Shown here: in pieces, positions 12,830 through 26,315 of the stretch
Position numbering within the stretch: position 1 is the first letter of the stretch
How the letters are laid out: each line of letters opens with the position of its first letter
Source: Haliotis rufescens
Lineage: Eukaryota
Assembly: GCF_023055435.1 (NCBI RefSeq)
Contig: NW_025963890.1
Span: 19,158,001 to 19,222,000, forward strand
Direction: 5' to 3'
Length of the DNA: 64,000 nucleotides
Program-made: the position numbers and the translations under genes
The notes under the pieces: generated by a model
Database searches by the model: none
The model's input: the letters and a program-made list of their open reading frames with translations, nothing else
Told to the model about the DNA's origin: nothing

Positions 12830-12884
12830 GTCTGACTAAAACAAACGACCGATTCAAGGTATGGACGACTCCGAAATGGTTACT

Positions 12885-12945
12885 GCTTTTAAAGGTGGTA
12901 TTAACTAAAGGCGGAGTGTAGCAGTCCCAGCCAATAGGTGTCGCA
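12885..12945 (-). promoter_or_regulatory. Putative core promoter of gene B (TATA-like element plus CCAAT box)
   Basis: Plus strand reads tgcttttaaagg...taaagg...agccaat...tgtcg, collinear with the block upstream of gene A. Confidence 0.5.
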
Positions 12946-13749
12946 TGTGCTTATATGATTATGAAGAGCGTCACACTTGAGGAGTGGAGTGATTGATTCA
13001 TACACCGACACCATCCTTGACACTTCCTTATCCTATGTGCCATTCAGAGTTCAACACGGTCCTGGTCAACTTCCGATTTGACCATTCTGTAATTGGCAGT
13101 AATAATAGCTTCAGGAATCTGCATTCCTTTGATTTTTTTCCAGGTATGACAAACAGCCTCAAGCCACACTTAAACGCAAAATATGTAGTAGATAATTAGG
13201 GGTGAGGGTCTGATTTTAGGTGAATGATACTAAAAATGTTTGCGTCAGTTTTTAACATTTCGCGAGTTTGAGAGTAACACCTCAACTTACAGCCACCCCC
13301 ACCCCACGCAACGCTCACCCCAACTACCGCATTTTGCAGGATACTACATTTGATAGAACAAACGTGTATAAGCATATAATTATATAATTTGGTGATGTTT
13401 TCGACAAATGTGAATGGCTTTTAATTGGTGAATCATTTGCAGTCATATATCATGGTATGTGGAAATTGTAAGTGCGCACCCCCCACCCCCACCCCACCCC
13501 TTGTCCCAAATAAAAATATTAGGGTTTTAATCTAACAGTAATTTAGGGTTAGATTGGCATTAATCGGAATACAAATGGCCAAAAAGGATACACTATTCCG
13601 ATATCAACTGAGGATTCACAAAAAAGTAATCATCGATTATGAAACAGTGTATGATTTATTCTCTATCATTGTAATTCACCATTGATTTGCTGCAAAATCT
13701 AAACAAGACATTGTTTTAGAGCAACACTACAACACTAGGTATTATTTTA

Positions 13750-13916
13750 AGTGAGTTAGTGAGTATGGTTTTACGCCGCTTTTAGCAATATTCCAGCAAT
13801 ATCACGGCGGGGGACACCAGAAATGGGCTTCACACATTGTACCCATGTCGGGAATCGAACCCGGGTCTTCGGCGTGACGAGCGAACGCTTTAACCACTAG
13901 GCTACCCGACCGCCCC
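13750..13916 (-). mobile_element. Family-1 SINE
   Basis: Reverse complement of the 4703-4877 element. TSD tattatttt at 13740-13748 and 13917-13925. Confidence 0.85.
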
Positions 13917-14849
13917 TATTATTTTGAGGGTAGATGTAATTGCTTTAATCAAACTGAATTCCATTATATTAGAAAGAGATCATCGACGTAATAACAGTAG
14001 AGTGTTTGACTTTTTCTTCTTATAATCATGCATTTATTTTTGCAACATAATACTTAATTAGAAAAAATTTCTTTCGACTTTCGCTCAATACTTATGTATC
14101 AGTGCCAGCGATTTATTACAACCTAACATTTTTTTCAGGTCAAATTAGTTCTATATTAATTTTATTACAACTGTTGTTACAACTAAAGATCGTGACATTC
14201 TTGATAATCCTAGTTTACACTTGCGGTTAATCTTATGAATGGTATTTTTGGAGGGTCTTCGGGCCATATTCAAAACCTTTTTCACAGGACCGGAAGCTGG
14301 TGAGAAGTTGACTAAGGGATGTCAGTGTTGATGAATTGCACTTGGTAAGGATATGTTTGATCTACCCGTAATACACGCCATAGGGTGTATGTTAACATAC
14401 TCTCTTGACCCTACACAAGTGTGTCAAATCCATCAGAGGGCTTTGGAAGAGTCACTTGGCGGTGGGACATCAATCAGATTATGAGCACTGATATGAATGA
14501 AAAGCGACGAAAAGAAATCTATGACTATAATATAATATAATATACTAAAAATCCATTGTACGATTCCAACTGTTTCAAAAGCTGAAGTGTTTGATAGGCA
14601 TTACTTTTAAGTTGGCGGATGACAAAGTAGACACAATTTATCGATAACAACTTTTTGTTTACTGAAAAGGCGACGTTTCGGAATAGATCCTTGACAACGT
14701 ATAAATTGTGTCTGGTTTATTTCAAAAGCATGTGTAATAAGTATAAACACACCACTCTCAAGTAGTATCGGTACTGGACCTTCTTTTATACATATGAATA
14801 TGCCAACATGAATCGTCCATAATACGGGTTGTGTAGTGCAAAGCAATTC

Positions 14850-15260
14850 CCCATTTTGACATGTGCCAAATGGTCCCCCGTTTTTTTTCAGGTGAACAAT
14901 TGTCTTGCTTTTGCATGTGTTTGTGTCGGGTGTCACCGGAGGGGCAGGATACGCTCACCTTTTTGCTTCATAAACGCATGCTTATTATTTTAACCTCAAC
15001 CTTGATCAAACAACTTATGAGCAAGAGTCTTATGACGCTCTTTGAAATCTTGGTAGAAAGAGACATATTCGATTGTATCTAAAAATGTGTGAAATGTAAA
15101 CACCAAAGGCTAGAGCTGATGGAATAATGCTCAACATGATGGGAAAGTTGACTATTGGAAAGTTGAAGTCATCCCTCTTGTCATACAGATTTGTCACGGG
15201 ATAGTGCTTTGTCACTCTTAAGCGTTATGCAGAAATCTAAATATGAAACAGATGAGGCGG
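14850..15260 (-). mobile_element. Penelope-like retroelement fragment
   Basis: LYDKRDDFNFPIVNFP...PSALAFGVYISHIFRY motif, as in the C-terminal RT region of Penelope-like elements. Related copies at 22770-23230, 24027-24440 and 32435-32850. Confidence 0.65.
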
Positions 15261-18200
15261 TCTGTGGATGATGCGACAAAGTGGATCTCGTTAGACTCTG
15301 ACTTGGTTGATTGTATCCTATCCCAATTGCGTGGATCGATGGTCGTGTTGTCATTCCCTGGATTGTCTGGTTCAGACTCGGTTATTTACAGCCCACCGCC
15401 ATTCAGTGGACAGCGTAAAACAACAATCTAATTAACAAATGCAACTGAAAATACTTGCATCGCAGAACAGTTCAATTTGTTTGTACCTAGTGTGATGTAC
15501 AAAACCTCAATGAGACTGACATTGTCTGTCTCTTAAAATGAAGTTTGCAACTCGAAGTCATGAAGGTTGGAGCTTTGCCAATACCTCGATAACTCGAAGT
15601 CATGAGAACGCAGCAATACATATAGTAGTTCGAGACCCAGTTGCCCATAAGAATTGTGCAGGAGCGTGCAATTACTGCGTCTTTGACGATGTATTGAGTT
15701 TATGGAGTTCGATTTAACGAGCTTTCATAGTACATAGTTCTTATAAAACAGACAAGGTATATTTCTTCAGAGTTGTTTATTTTTATTAAATAAAAATCTA
15801 CCCCTGCTCTTCGTATCGATCCGTATAACAGATTGGTGTCATTAGCCGCGGAAATAGGGAATATAATATCCCTGTTATGCTCCACTTATACTTAGGATGC
15901 GTCTAAAGCAATGAGAGTACAGCCTAAACATTATGTTTCTTATTGTCAGGTACCCGATCATTACAACAACTGCACACATAAGTCAAGTCCAACAAAGGTA
16001 TACATTCTTTGATTTTAAATGGGAGGAAAGTATGGATATGGTGCTGACGAACAACTAAAATACAATCGGGCAAATCTAGGATTCGAACCAGCGATCTGAA
16101 GTTTCAGGATGCCTAATGGACTCTGAGGAGTTGCACAAGGAACTGCGGCGCTTTAGATGACTGGATCACTTGTGTTCCCTAGTTAACAGATAAGGTGGGA
16201 ACAAGAGAGACAGTTCTCAAAATTTTAATATATTTCCACATTTGTGTTTCTTTTACACTTACTTTTTTTGCAAATAGTGTGAGTGCCTGTTGCTTCCGGA
16301 AGAGCAGGACATGCTTACACTTTTCGCGAACACCTGGTGTTGTCACTGATCTTCAGTGATCCATTTATATAATTTTACGCCCAATGGAATCTGGTTCGGC
16401 AGATAAAGGAGACAGATTATCCCTTGATATACTTCAAGGAGTAAAACTAGGGATATCGGTGTCTTCAATGGATTTTAATAATTTAGACAGAGGTGTTTCT
16501 CCATGATGAGAGGTTCAATGTGATGTACATATTGATGACGTTAAAAGATTAATAAGCTGATTGATTGATTCAGTGATTGACACTGTCAGGTTGCATGTTA
16601 CACGGCTGCACGACAACTTACTGTTTGTGGTGCCCCGGGGTACATGCGTCAACCATCGCCATGACACTTCAGACTGCCTATATATATATCCTGTATAATT
16701 GTGTTTATTGCTTTTGGTACTGTCGGGATATACGTACTGAACACTAAATTCAGGTTCTTGTTAATAGATGCACTGATCACGAGGTGCCAACCATTTGATG
16801 TTCGGCGTTTTGGGAGGGCTTGTGGTGGTTATGGTCGATTTGCGGGGGGTAGAGAGTCGCTCTGGGATGGTCGTTCCCCTTACTCCTTTGCTTTTCTTTT
16901 TTAAGTGTACAGGTGTTTTAAATGAGTTTACTATTGTTCCATTTCTAAACAAGTTTTAACAGTGACAAAAGAATTTAATCAATGTTTTATGTATCATATT
17001 ATTTAGAAGCACATAACCCAAACCTCTATTTATTAAATATACCGGTGTTTGATTGTTCTGAAAATGGATCCCTCAGGTTTCTAAAATTCTTCAAATTCAA
17101 TTTTTTTGTGTGTATTTTACACAAGTCTGTTTATTTCATTCTCTGTGAGGTGTGCGGAAGTTTTAAATAATAAGTGTTTGTGGTTTAGTTGACCTGCGAT
17201 TTTCATTTGCATCGATTCCATCATATTGATATGGATATATAAATATATAGCATATCTTCATGTAGAGTGAGTGAGTGAGTGAGGCTAACAACGCAATAGA
17301 CAGTGTTTCAGTCAGGCTTGATAAGTGGAAGGTTGAAAGTGTACTGCCCCCTATCCCCGTCCCCCCTTAATATGTGCGCTTAATCCAACCATTTCTAAAT
17401 GCACACGTCACGGGCTCTAGCAGATTCATCGGTACCAGAAGTGCGTAGGTGTCTGAACCGCATGTCTTGTCTTTCCATATCTCTCGCGTCAAGGATGACT
17501 AGTAATGTATGTTTCCTGCATGTTCATTCATACAGATTTAGTATTTTGTGATTGCTGACAATAAATACTCCTTTTTTTTAAATGATATTGTTCAAAACAT
17601 AAAATGTCAATGCAAGAGAGTAATCACTTCTTGATTATCCGCCGAAAACACATCATGGGATTTTTTAAATATAAAACGTAAATAATCTGTCTCGACTACC
17701 TGCCGAACCAGAATCCATTTGACATAAGGGGCAAAAAAGCTGTGAAAATTATATGAATGGAACACTGAAAATCAGTGATGACGCCAGGTATTTGCGAATA
17801 GGGTGAGCATATCCAGCTCTATCAGAAGCACCCTCCATTCACACAATTAAGTCGGTACTGTATTTATTGCCTGACGCAATTCAGAAGTACTCCTGCCATG
17901 TGACGGTGGTCTGTAAACAAACCAATCAATTGATGGTTGGACCAGAAAAACCAGTGACACGATGGTTCATTTACTGACTTTGTTGAAACAAATAAAAAAC
18001 TATATGTTAATTTTGAATTACGTCTTTGAAATCGCGTACCGTATAATATAGTTTTTTATACAATGCCCTGAATAAGGAGGCGTTACATGTTTATGAAAAG
18101 GGAAGTTTGATTATTGATTATATAGCACTTTAGTTCCTTCACCCAATCAAGATCGTTATCAACTGCAGGGTGATTGATGTATTGCACTGTACGTCCTAAG

Positions 18201-19129
18201 GGCACGTCTTGGGTGTATTTTTACACCTTAGGCGTCACCAAGGTGTGGACATTCTTTAAAAACTTTTATGTTTTAAGTTTGTTGTTAGCGATTTATTTAG
18301 ATCGAATACGCTTTTGTGTAATTTTGTAAACGTAATTTGAAGAATTATAATACATATAACAACAACAAAAGCAACAAAAACATACATGTAGCACTCCCCA
18401 CACCACCTCATTTTTAATTGTCTTACCACTATTTCCGGTTCTTAAGCAAATTCCATTTGAAGCGACAAGTTCAGATACATTTTTCTGATCTTTAAAAACT
18501 TTATATTTAAACGATCCGTGACATACTACGGAAATAATTCACGCCACGCATTGACGTACTGATTCTGAAAAAAACAAATCACGTCATCGTATGGCCACTG
18601 AGATAAACATGGGTAAGTTCGTACATAAAAAATGACGTTATTTATTACGAAAGAAATACAGTAATCCCCAAGCGCCTCAGGTTAATGGTAAACAACTTTT
18701 TTTTAAACAGAGTAATGAAGCAGGTGGTATTTAAGGAAGCTAAAGGTGATTGCAATCTTCATCAAGAACTGATAAAAGATAAACCCATTTTTAGGAGTGT
18801 GGAATCATGGACAAGCTCCAAAATACAGTAATTGCATTTTTTTTCAAAAACGTATCTCCGCGATGTGGACAGCTGTGTCGCTATTATTCCGAGAGCATCT
18901 GACCTAGATATTTCTCAGTCAGATGTTGATATTTATTTGTATTTACTAGTATTTGATACTTTGTTTGTACTTTATGCTTTTTTATTTGTTCATACCATGA
19001 TTGACATTAATATGCTCTTTACGTTGGTTATTGTTTTAGATTTAGATTTTGTCGGTCTTCATTTTTTTATGCTGGTCCGTTAACGCTTGGGTTTTAGTAA
19101 TTATTTTGCAGGGGTTCATTCTTGCTTTG

Positions 19130-19398
19130 ATTTGGGTTTTACGCCGAATTGAAAAGCGTTCCAGTTATATCACTGCGTGTCCGCTTAATGTGGGAGGGAA
19201 GCCCGTAGTGACGCAGGTCTTAGACGTTTACCACTTCGGTGGCACCCACAAGCATGGGTATGGTCCTGACAAACATTGAAACCGAATTGGGGCGAACCGG
19301 GATTCGAACCCACAATCATAGGTTTCTGGCGTGTCCAAGGGACGCAACTCTGCACAGCGAATTGCGGCGCCTTATACGACTGAACCACCTGTGCCCCC
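19130..19398 (-). mobile_element. tRNA-derived SINE with long box A to box B spacer (family 4)
   Basis: Homologous to 29132-29385; degenerate copies near 10120-10290, 16000-16180 and 33700-33870. Confidence 0.75.
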
Positions 19399-20791
19399 AA
19401 TCTATCATTAACGTTGTTATATGAACGTGTATCATCCAAGATCAAAGGTTTCTGGCGTTCCCATTGTCTTAGATGAAACCATATTGATTTTCCTCTGGAA
19501 TGTTCAGAAAAAAACTTATACATTTCGATGACTAAAGACGTGACTCAATGGTTTCTATATGTTTTCAAACAAAAGTAGTTACGTTTCTAAAACCACACCT
19601 AACATATTCGTCTATGGTCACCATTTAATGCATCAAACAAACGTCGTATGCAAATCATAACAGTAGTTTTACTGACCTTTGCATTATGACCAGGAGCAAG
19701 TATCCGGTCGCATTACACCCAAAACCAGAATTACCATAATTTATTCATAAGGAAGAGAATGTATGGATGTTAACTACTTTGTTATGAGGAACACAACGTT
19801 TCGGAATATATGATTACTCCTTCATCGGGTGAATGCTCAGGTTGTGATTCCAAAATGAAAAAGAAACCCGAAATAAACACTGCTATTTGTTTTTCTATGT
19901 TTGTTGTTTAACACCGCACTCGAAAATATTCCAGTTGTATGACTGCAGCCGGACAAACAAGTGATTGATGTTTTGAACAGCGATTCACGCCCTAGAGGCA
20001 CGATGACACGCAATCAGCCAAGTCATCGAGATGGAACAACCGATCCTTAAGTCGCCTCTTCCAACCAACATAGGTTGCTGGGACATAATCTAACCCGGAA
20101 TCCCCCCACCCCAACTCCCCAACCCCGGATCAATAGGGCTACTGACACGGATGACAGTAGGAAAATATAACATTAAGCCAAAGGTAACACCTTTGTCTTA
20201 AACAGAAAACAGAACTCACACACATTCATATATTGGTTTCTTTTATTTGATAATATGGAAATGTACAAAGCAAAGTTTCCACCTGAATATGGTGGTGAAA
20301 ATGTATATACATTTTGGATAACGGATGATCCTGGAATATATGGTTCTAAAAGAACAAATATTATCAAAAAATATTTTGAAAAGTAAAACAAGTGATGAAA
20401 GATTGGATAATGATATGTACAGCACCGTTAAACAATTAAAGTTACCTTTATGTACATAACTACAGTTGAACCTCGTTAGTCCGGATTCTTTTAATCTGCA
20501 AACCCCGGACGATTAAAACTTTATACACATACAGATGTACAGAGGGTCACACGTACAGCTGATTGGCTTATCCGGACATTCATTAATGGGTTCACCTAAG
20601 AATGATATACCTTCAATAGGGCTTTCTGATGTGACGATACACAAGACCATACTTGGCTGCCTGCCAACAGTGTTTGACAGCATTGGCCAACAGCTGGTTT
20701 TTAAGTCTGTATGATGTTATTCGTGGTGAAAGAACGTCTTGTTTTGCGATCATCGACAAGGTCAGACTCCAGTTCCTGTCTATAGTCCACT

Positions 20792-21237
20792 GGAGCGGTG
20801 GGGTAGCCTGGTAGTTAAAGCGTTAGCTTGTCACACCAAGAACCGGGTTCGATATGTGAAGCCCATTTCTGGTGCCCTGGCCGTGATATTGCGGGAATGT
20901 GGCTACAAGCGGCGTCAAGCCATAATAACTCACTATAGTCCGGTAAGATGTGTCCAGATGCCTCGAAGGTGGACCCGTGAATATTCGGGCAGAGAATAGG
21001 TCTTCAGCAACCCATGCTTGCCGTTAAAGGCGACTGTGCTTGTCGTAAAAGGCGATAAACGGGATCGGGTGCTCAGGCTAGCTGACTTGCTTGATGTACG
21101 CCATCGTATCCCAATTGCGTAGATCGATGCTCATGATGTCAATCCCTGGATTGTCTGATCCAGACTCGATTATTTACATACCGCCGTCATATAACTGGAA
21201 TATTGCTGAGCGCGGCGTTAGACAACAAACAAGCAAA
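20792..21237 (+). mobile_element. Degenerate family-1 SINE followed by a V-domain-type SINE body
   Basis: 20792-20933 is family-1-like. 20971-21237 carries CAACCCATGCTTG...AAAGGCGAC (V-domain-like) and the shared CTGGAATATTGCTGAG.GCGGCGTTA tail. Confidence 0.7.
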
Positions 21238-21259
21238 GTCTCGATGGTGGAACAGGGCA

Positions 21260-24200
21260 TCATGGTAGGATGGCGTCTTGATTGTCATAACCGAGTTTGC
21301 AGCAGAGGTGAAAGGTGCCAATGCAACTGGCCCTTCCGCTAGAATCTGAGGCTGTGCCGCTACATAGCTGAAACACAGACAATTCCCATGAAAGTCAACT
21401 AGTGATGATAATAATACTGTGTGTACTTATATTGTACTGGTCTCCACACGCAAGGTTCATGCTCGGCGCTAACATTATTACCCCCGTCAATGGACCAGTG
21501 TGTACTCAGTGTGTATTCTCAGCTCCCTGGGGAATATACAAAGAAAACTATTGGCTTATTCTTCGAATCGGAAGCCATAGTGCGCAGGACGGACTTAGTT
21601 TTATTGTCCTCTGGCGCTACACAATTCATCACCCCGGTCAATGGATCAGTGTACACTCAAATTACATTCTCAGCTCCTTGGGTAGTACACAACCCAAACT
21701 GCCTTGCATTAAGATAACCGTCTAATCCAACAGAGTATCCTTCAAAGGTACATTTGGAACAAGCACTTTGCCTACACGATTTATGGGTATATTCATTAAA
21801 CGCGTTCCGGATTACCCCATTGCGGCAGAAAATCAACAATTAAATGATGAACATTAGGCACATATTTCAGACTATAATTCCTTGATCATCATTTCTGAGT
21901 GGGATTGTTATCAGCTGTCTGAACAGCCCTTGCGCATATCAGACAAATATCATTACATGGGCGCGTGTGTCATAGTGGTTTCAAGGAACATATACATTTT
22001 CACTACGCGGTCGATATAACTTCTTAATTATCCCTACTGTATTATTACCTGTAGTAAGAATGTATTATTTACTACATAGAGAAATGTGTCACACGATGTC
22101 AACAATGATACACAATAACACCGTCAGTTAAAGACGTAATTTCAAATACCGTCAACAATAGTATTTATAAGACGTCTACATAACGTTAATAATTGCAAGG
22201 TGAGCTAACACGTGATACATGTGTTCTACGAAAGGACACTTTGGTGTACCTTGGACCATTGGGATAAAAAAAGATAATTTCATATACTATGAAACCTCGT
22301 TAATCCGGATACATTGATCCCAGTAATTCGTCCGGATTAACGAACGATTGTCGTTTGTAGTTGAAGATGCTAAAAAAAACGCCCGAGGTCCAGATTAACG
22401 AGGTTTCACTGTAAAGATGTGGAAATACCACTTACCACGATTCCTCTCCCTGAATATTGCTGCAGACTCAACAACGGCAGGTTAGGTGTCGGTATAGTAA
22501 TTGAAGATTCCACACCACGTCTCACACGTATTGAAGACAACACTCCCAGGCTGAAGACCCTGGTGCCTCCCCATGCGCTGTTTGTAGTAGTTCTGTAGAG
22601 AGAACAAGGAAGTCACACAGCGGGCGTCATAAGAATATGAATAAATTTGGAGACTTATGTATTTACTGTCCTATTCTTTCTACCTAATAAATAATATTCA
22701 ACTTCTGTCGCTTCTTTATTCACATTGCATGCTAGAAACGCACAGTCACAGAAAAAGTTAATCTTGAAAGGCGTTTAAGAACAGAAGAGTCGTATGGCGC
22801 TCTTTCAAATCTTCGCATAAAGCGCATACTCGTTTGCACCGACAAAGTTGTGAACTGTAGACACCAAAGCTTTTGGCTGCTGGAATATTGCACTTTAAAA
22901 TCTTTAAGCATAGGTCTAAAAATGAAACAGATGAGGCGCTTTCACTGGTCGCTTTTGTTTCTAATTCAGGTAAGTAAATTGGCTATTTGACCATTTTTGA
23001 ACGGTATCAGATCATTGATATACCTGAAGCTTAACTTAAACTTCTTGACCAAATTATCACACTTTGTTTTTGCCAATCCGAGCAGAAAATCCGATGCATA
23101 TGCATTAAGAAACAGATTAACATGTGTGGGGTGCATAATTAGTGCCAATAGGGATGCCTTATCCTTGCCCAAATTTCACATAGAAGTTACATGAGGTCAA
23201 GGATTTCACATATTGTCCTGTATTCACTGACACAACAGTTTCTAAATGACCAGTGCAGATAAATAACATCATTTTACATATCCAAACTGATTATTTGGGT
23301 TAGATTCTGATCGAGAGTTTACACTTTACATGTGAATGATTATGATTTTACGCCGCTTTTAGCAATGGTCCCGCAATATCACGGCGGAGACCCCAGAAAT
23401 GAGCTCCACACGTTGTACCAAACGGGGAATCGAACCGGGACAGCTATCCCCACCGCTCCACTATATTTGTGACAGAACGTGCTGAGGACATGGTGTCGGT
23501 GAGGTTTGTTTTATATTTTTTTATATTAACTCTGTTTTGACACACTACCAAAGTAACAAGTGGTTATTTAAATGTTGGCACAGTGGCAATATTTCTCTCA
23601 TATTAATATTCTTTTTACCTGTATTCAATATGTTGACATTCACTGACTAAACTGACCGTGAGAGAATCTCGCCCATGGTAGTTAAAGAGCACCCTGCTTC
23701 CGCCCGGGCTCGCCGTGTCAGGAGCACCGTAAACGTTCCAGACAGCGTCGTTGACGTCACGTTGACGACACCTTGTATTGGGTTAAACGTCTGTCCTCTC
23801 TAAGGACCAAAAGTCATAGAAACAAAATCATCTCTATTTGTCAAGCATGGCAGTTAAGTTTAAATTTTGGCATAGATAAATAAACATGTGCATGTACGGT
23901 GATAGTACATCATTTTGTTTTGTATTCTGCGAGTATGGTTTCACTCAGCTTTCTTCATTTTTGTCAGCAATATCATGACAGGGAACATTGAAATGGGTTT
24001 CAGGGTGACAAAAACTATCCACAAGTATGTATGACAAGAGGGATGACTTCAACTTTCCAATAGTCGTCGACTTTCCCTTTATGTTGAGCAATTCTGCAGG
24101 AGCTCCAGCCTTTGGTGTTGACATTTCACAATCTTTGAGGTACAGTCTATCACATGCTCTTTCTACGAAGACATCAAAGAGCGTCGTGCGATTCCTGCTC

Positions 24201-25821
24201 AAAAGTTATTTGATCAGGGTAAGAATATGCAAGGCCTTAGTGAAGTTTTCAAGACTTTTTATAATAGACAAGAGGAGGGCATTTCCATGTTTGATGCATC
24301 ATTGACCAAAATGTCCGCTGCAATTCCCAATTGTTGCCGTGTATCATATGTTCCTATTTCAAGTGAACAATTGACTTAGCCTTTGTATGTGTTTATGACG
24401 TACGTCACCTGTGGGACACTATACGCTCATCGTTTCGCGAAAGTTCTTATATTATCGTAATCATATAGTAGAGATTTCTTATGATTGTGGAGGAGGGTTT
24501 CATCGTTTTGATTTTTCACACCTTGTACACGGGCCTTCGACGATACAAGCGAACGCGTCAACCACCTATTCTATCACTACGTCTATATTTTGTATGAACG
24601 TGAGAAATGAGTTAACAGTTTACCTGGCTGCTATTATCCGTCCATGATAGAGTAACTGCTAAAGAGCCTGTATTGTCTCTGGCACTACAGGTGAGAGTCT
24701 CGCCTTCAATGAAAGAATGTCATCATAACAACAATACATTATGTTTGGACATACGTCATAGATAATGCGTTTGCTATTTGAATTCAAGTTTAGTTTACAT
24801 GAATAATGCATGTATATTAGTGTTATGACGTTAAACGAACAAAAAGTGAGTATGGTTTGAGCAGCTATTGGCAATATTGCAACCATTACACACTCGTGAC
24901 TCCATAAATAAGCTTCAAACATTGTACCCATGTAAGGAATTCGCTCAGGCCTTCGTTTTGACGTACGAACACTTTGACAACCACACCACCCCATATTCAC
25001 CAGTGAACAAAGTAGCCAAATGTTTCTAAACGGTCATAAATGTGTAAGTACAAGTTTATGGGGTATATTCAATTGTAATAAAACTTACCTTCTGAAATGT
25101 CAATACCATTACTATTAGAAGCAGACCTACTGCTTCCTATGCTGGGTGTTCCTGGTATCGCGAGAGACGCCATTCCTGGTTGCCATCCAAAACCTTGAAA
25201 AAACCCTGTATCGAATCTATTCTGGGCAGAATTTGGCATGAAAGGCATGTTGGGAAACGGAACCATACTACCCGATGGTGGTGCAAATGGATTATTAGAT
25301 CGAGAGTTCAGATTCGTTTGAAATGGATTTTGTCGAAAATTTGATGTTGACTGAAAGGAATTCATCTGGGAATTCGGTGAGTTTGACAGGAAGGGAGAAG
25401 TTGGAGAAAATGGACCTCTTTGGTTTGGAGATGAGCCCCATGCATTGGGGTTGCTTGGCATTGGTCCGTTAGGACCAAAGGAACTGGGTCCAAAAGGCTG
25501 ACCGTTTGGTGCATTACGACCATTCATTCCAAAAGGTCCCGAGTTGATCCAGTTAGTCCCTGGGTTAGATCTGAAGTTATTACTCCCAAATGGACCTGAA
25601 CTACCAAAGGGACTTGTTCCAAGACTGCCTCCACCGAACAGACTTGGACCAAAGCTACCGCCTCCAAACATGCTTGGTCCTCCGTTGCTTCCACCTAATC
25701 CTCCTTGGCTTCCAATTTGACTGTTCCATTGTCCCTGTGGCTGCTGTCCACTCCAGCCTTGACACTGTGCACCGGACACAAATACTGCTAAGCAGAACAA
25801 TGCAGTGCGAATCATCATCAT
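21260..25821 (-). CDS. Gene C: secreted Asn/Ser/Pro/Phe/Gly-rich protein with degenerate Cu/Zn-SOD-like domain (about 406 aa)
   Basis: Exons 25821-25089 (MMMIRTALFCLAVFVSGAQC|QGW...), 24703-24624 (GETLTCSARDNTGSLAVTLSWTDNSSQ), 23799-23657 (...GTFTVLLTRRARAEAGCSLTTMGEILS), 22592-22436 (...LGVLSSIRV...YSGRGIV) and 21367-21260 (LCSGTASDSSGRASCIGTFHLCCKLGYDNQDAILP*). Total 1221 nt, phases 1,0,2,0. Confidence 0.88.
22287..22411. mobile_element. Tc1/pogo-type MITE
   Basis: Inverted ends gaaacctcgttaatccgga / ccagattaacgaggtttcactg flanked by TA. Related ends near 11340, 20461 and 33480. Confidence 0.65.
22770..23230 (-). mobile_element. Penelope-like reverse transcriptase fragment (intron 3 of gene C)
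   Basis: LFL.AY.SDFL...FRYINDL, a degenerate YIDD motif. Confidence 0.6.
24027..24440 (+). mobile_element. Penelope-like retroelement fragment (intron 2 of gene C)
   Basis: YDKRDDFNFPIVVDFPFMLSNSAGAPAFGVDISQ. Confidence 0.65.
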
Positions 25822-26315
25822 GGTGTACCGCTTGTTTTGTTTTTCAGTCGTATAGCTGTCGAAGGTCACATTTTGTGATGACGGTTTAATACTAAAAAAA
25901 ACCGTCAACGGTATATGTCGTCTTGTAGCTGATTTCCCATCCAGTGGTGTATGTTCTATTCCTATAAAAGTTTCCAAACATCTATCCATAAATATTTACA
26001 ATGACTCAAGACAACTTTGATGGATTCACTTGTCAATATTTTATGTTGATCGACACCTGACCCGCTCAAGGTCAGGTGCTGTCGGTATGTCACCTGTCAG
26101 AATCACTTCCTATTTATTAAGAAAATCATTGATGTTGCAACAAACACCAAGTCACAAATCGATGTACAACATTCAGGACTTTGCTATAACATGCTAGTAC
26201 ATATCCCATGCCGTAGGGTCAAGTCGTCTCAGGCGGCACAATACATCTTGTAGCGTTGCGTTCATTTAGCATTCCAGGATCATATATTCACGCTGATTAT
26301 GATCCACTCCTCGGT

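Noticed and set aside
13000-21200. A further paralog or pseudogene in the 8-kb B-C spacer
   Set aside because: I found no exon matching the family motifs by eye, only repeat fragments. A TBLASTN with the domain would be needed to exclude a decayed copy.
25822-25989. Upstream ATG extending gene C to the 306-aa ORF in the track
   Set aside because: The signal peptide starts at MMMIRTALF (25821), with a cacc-ATG context and a TATA-like element about 65 nt upstream. The extension is probably promoter/UTR.
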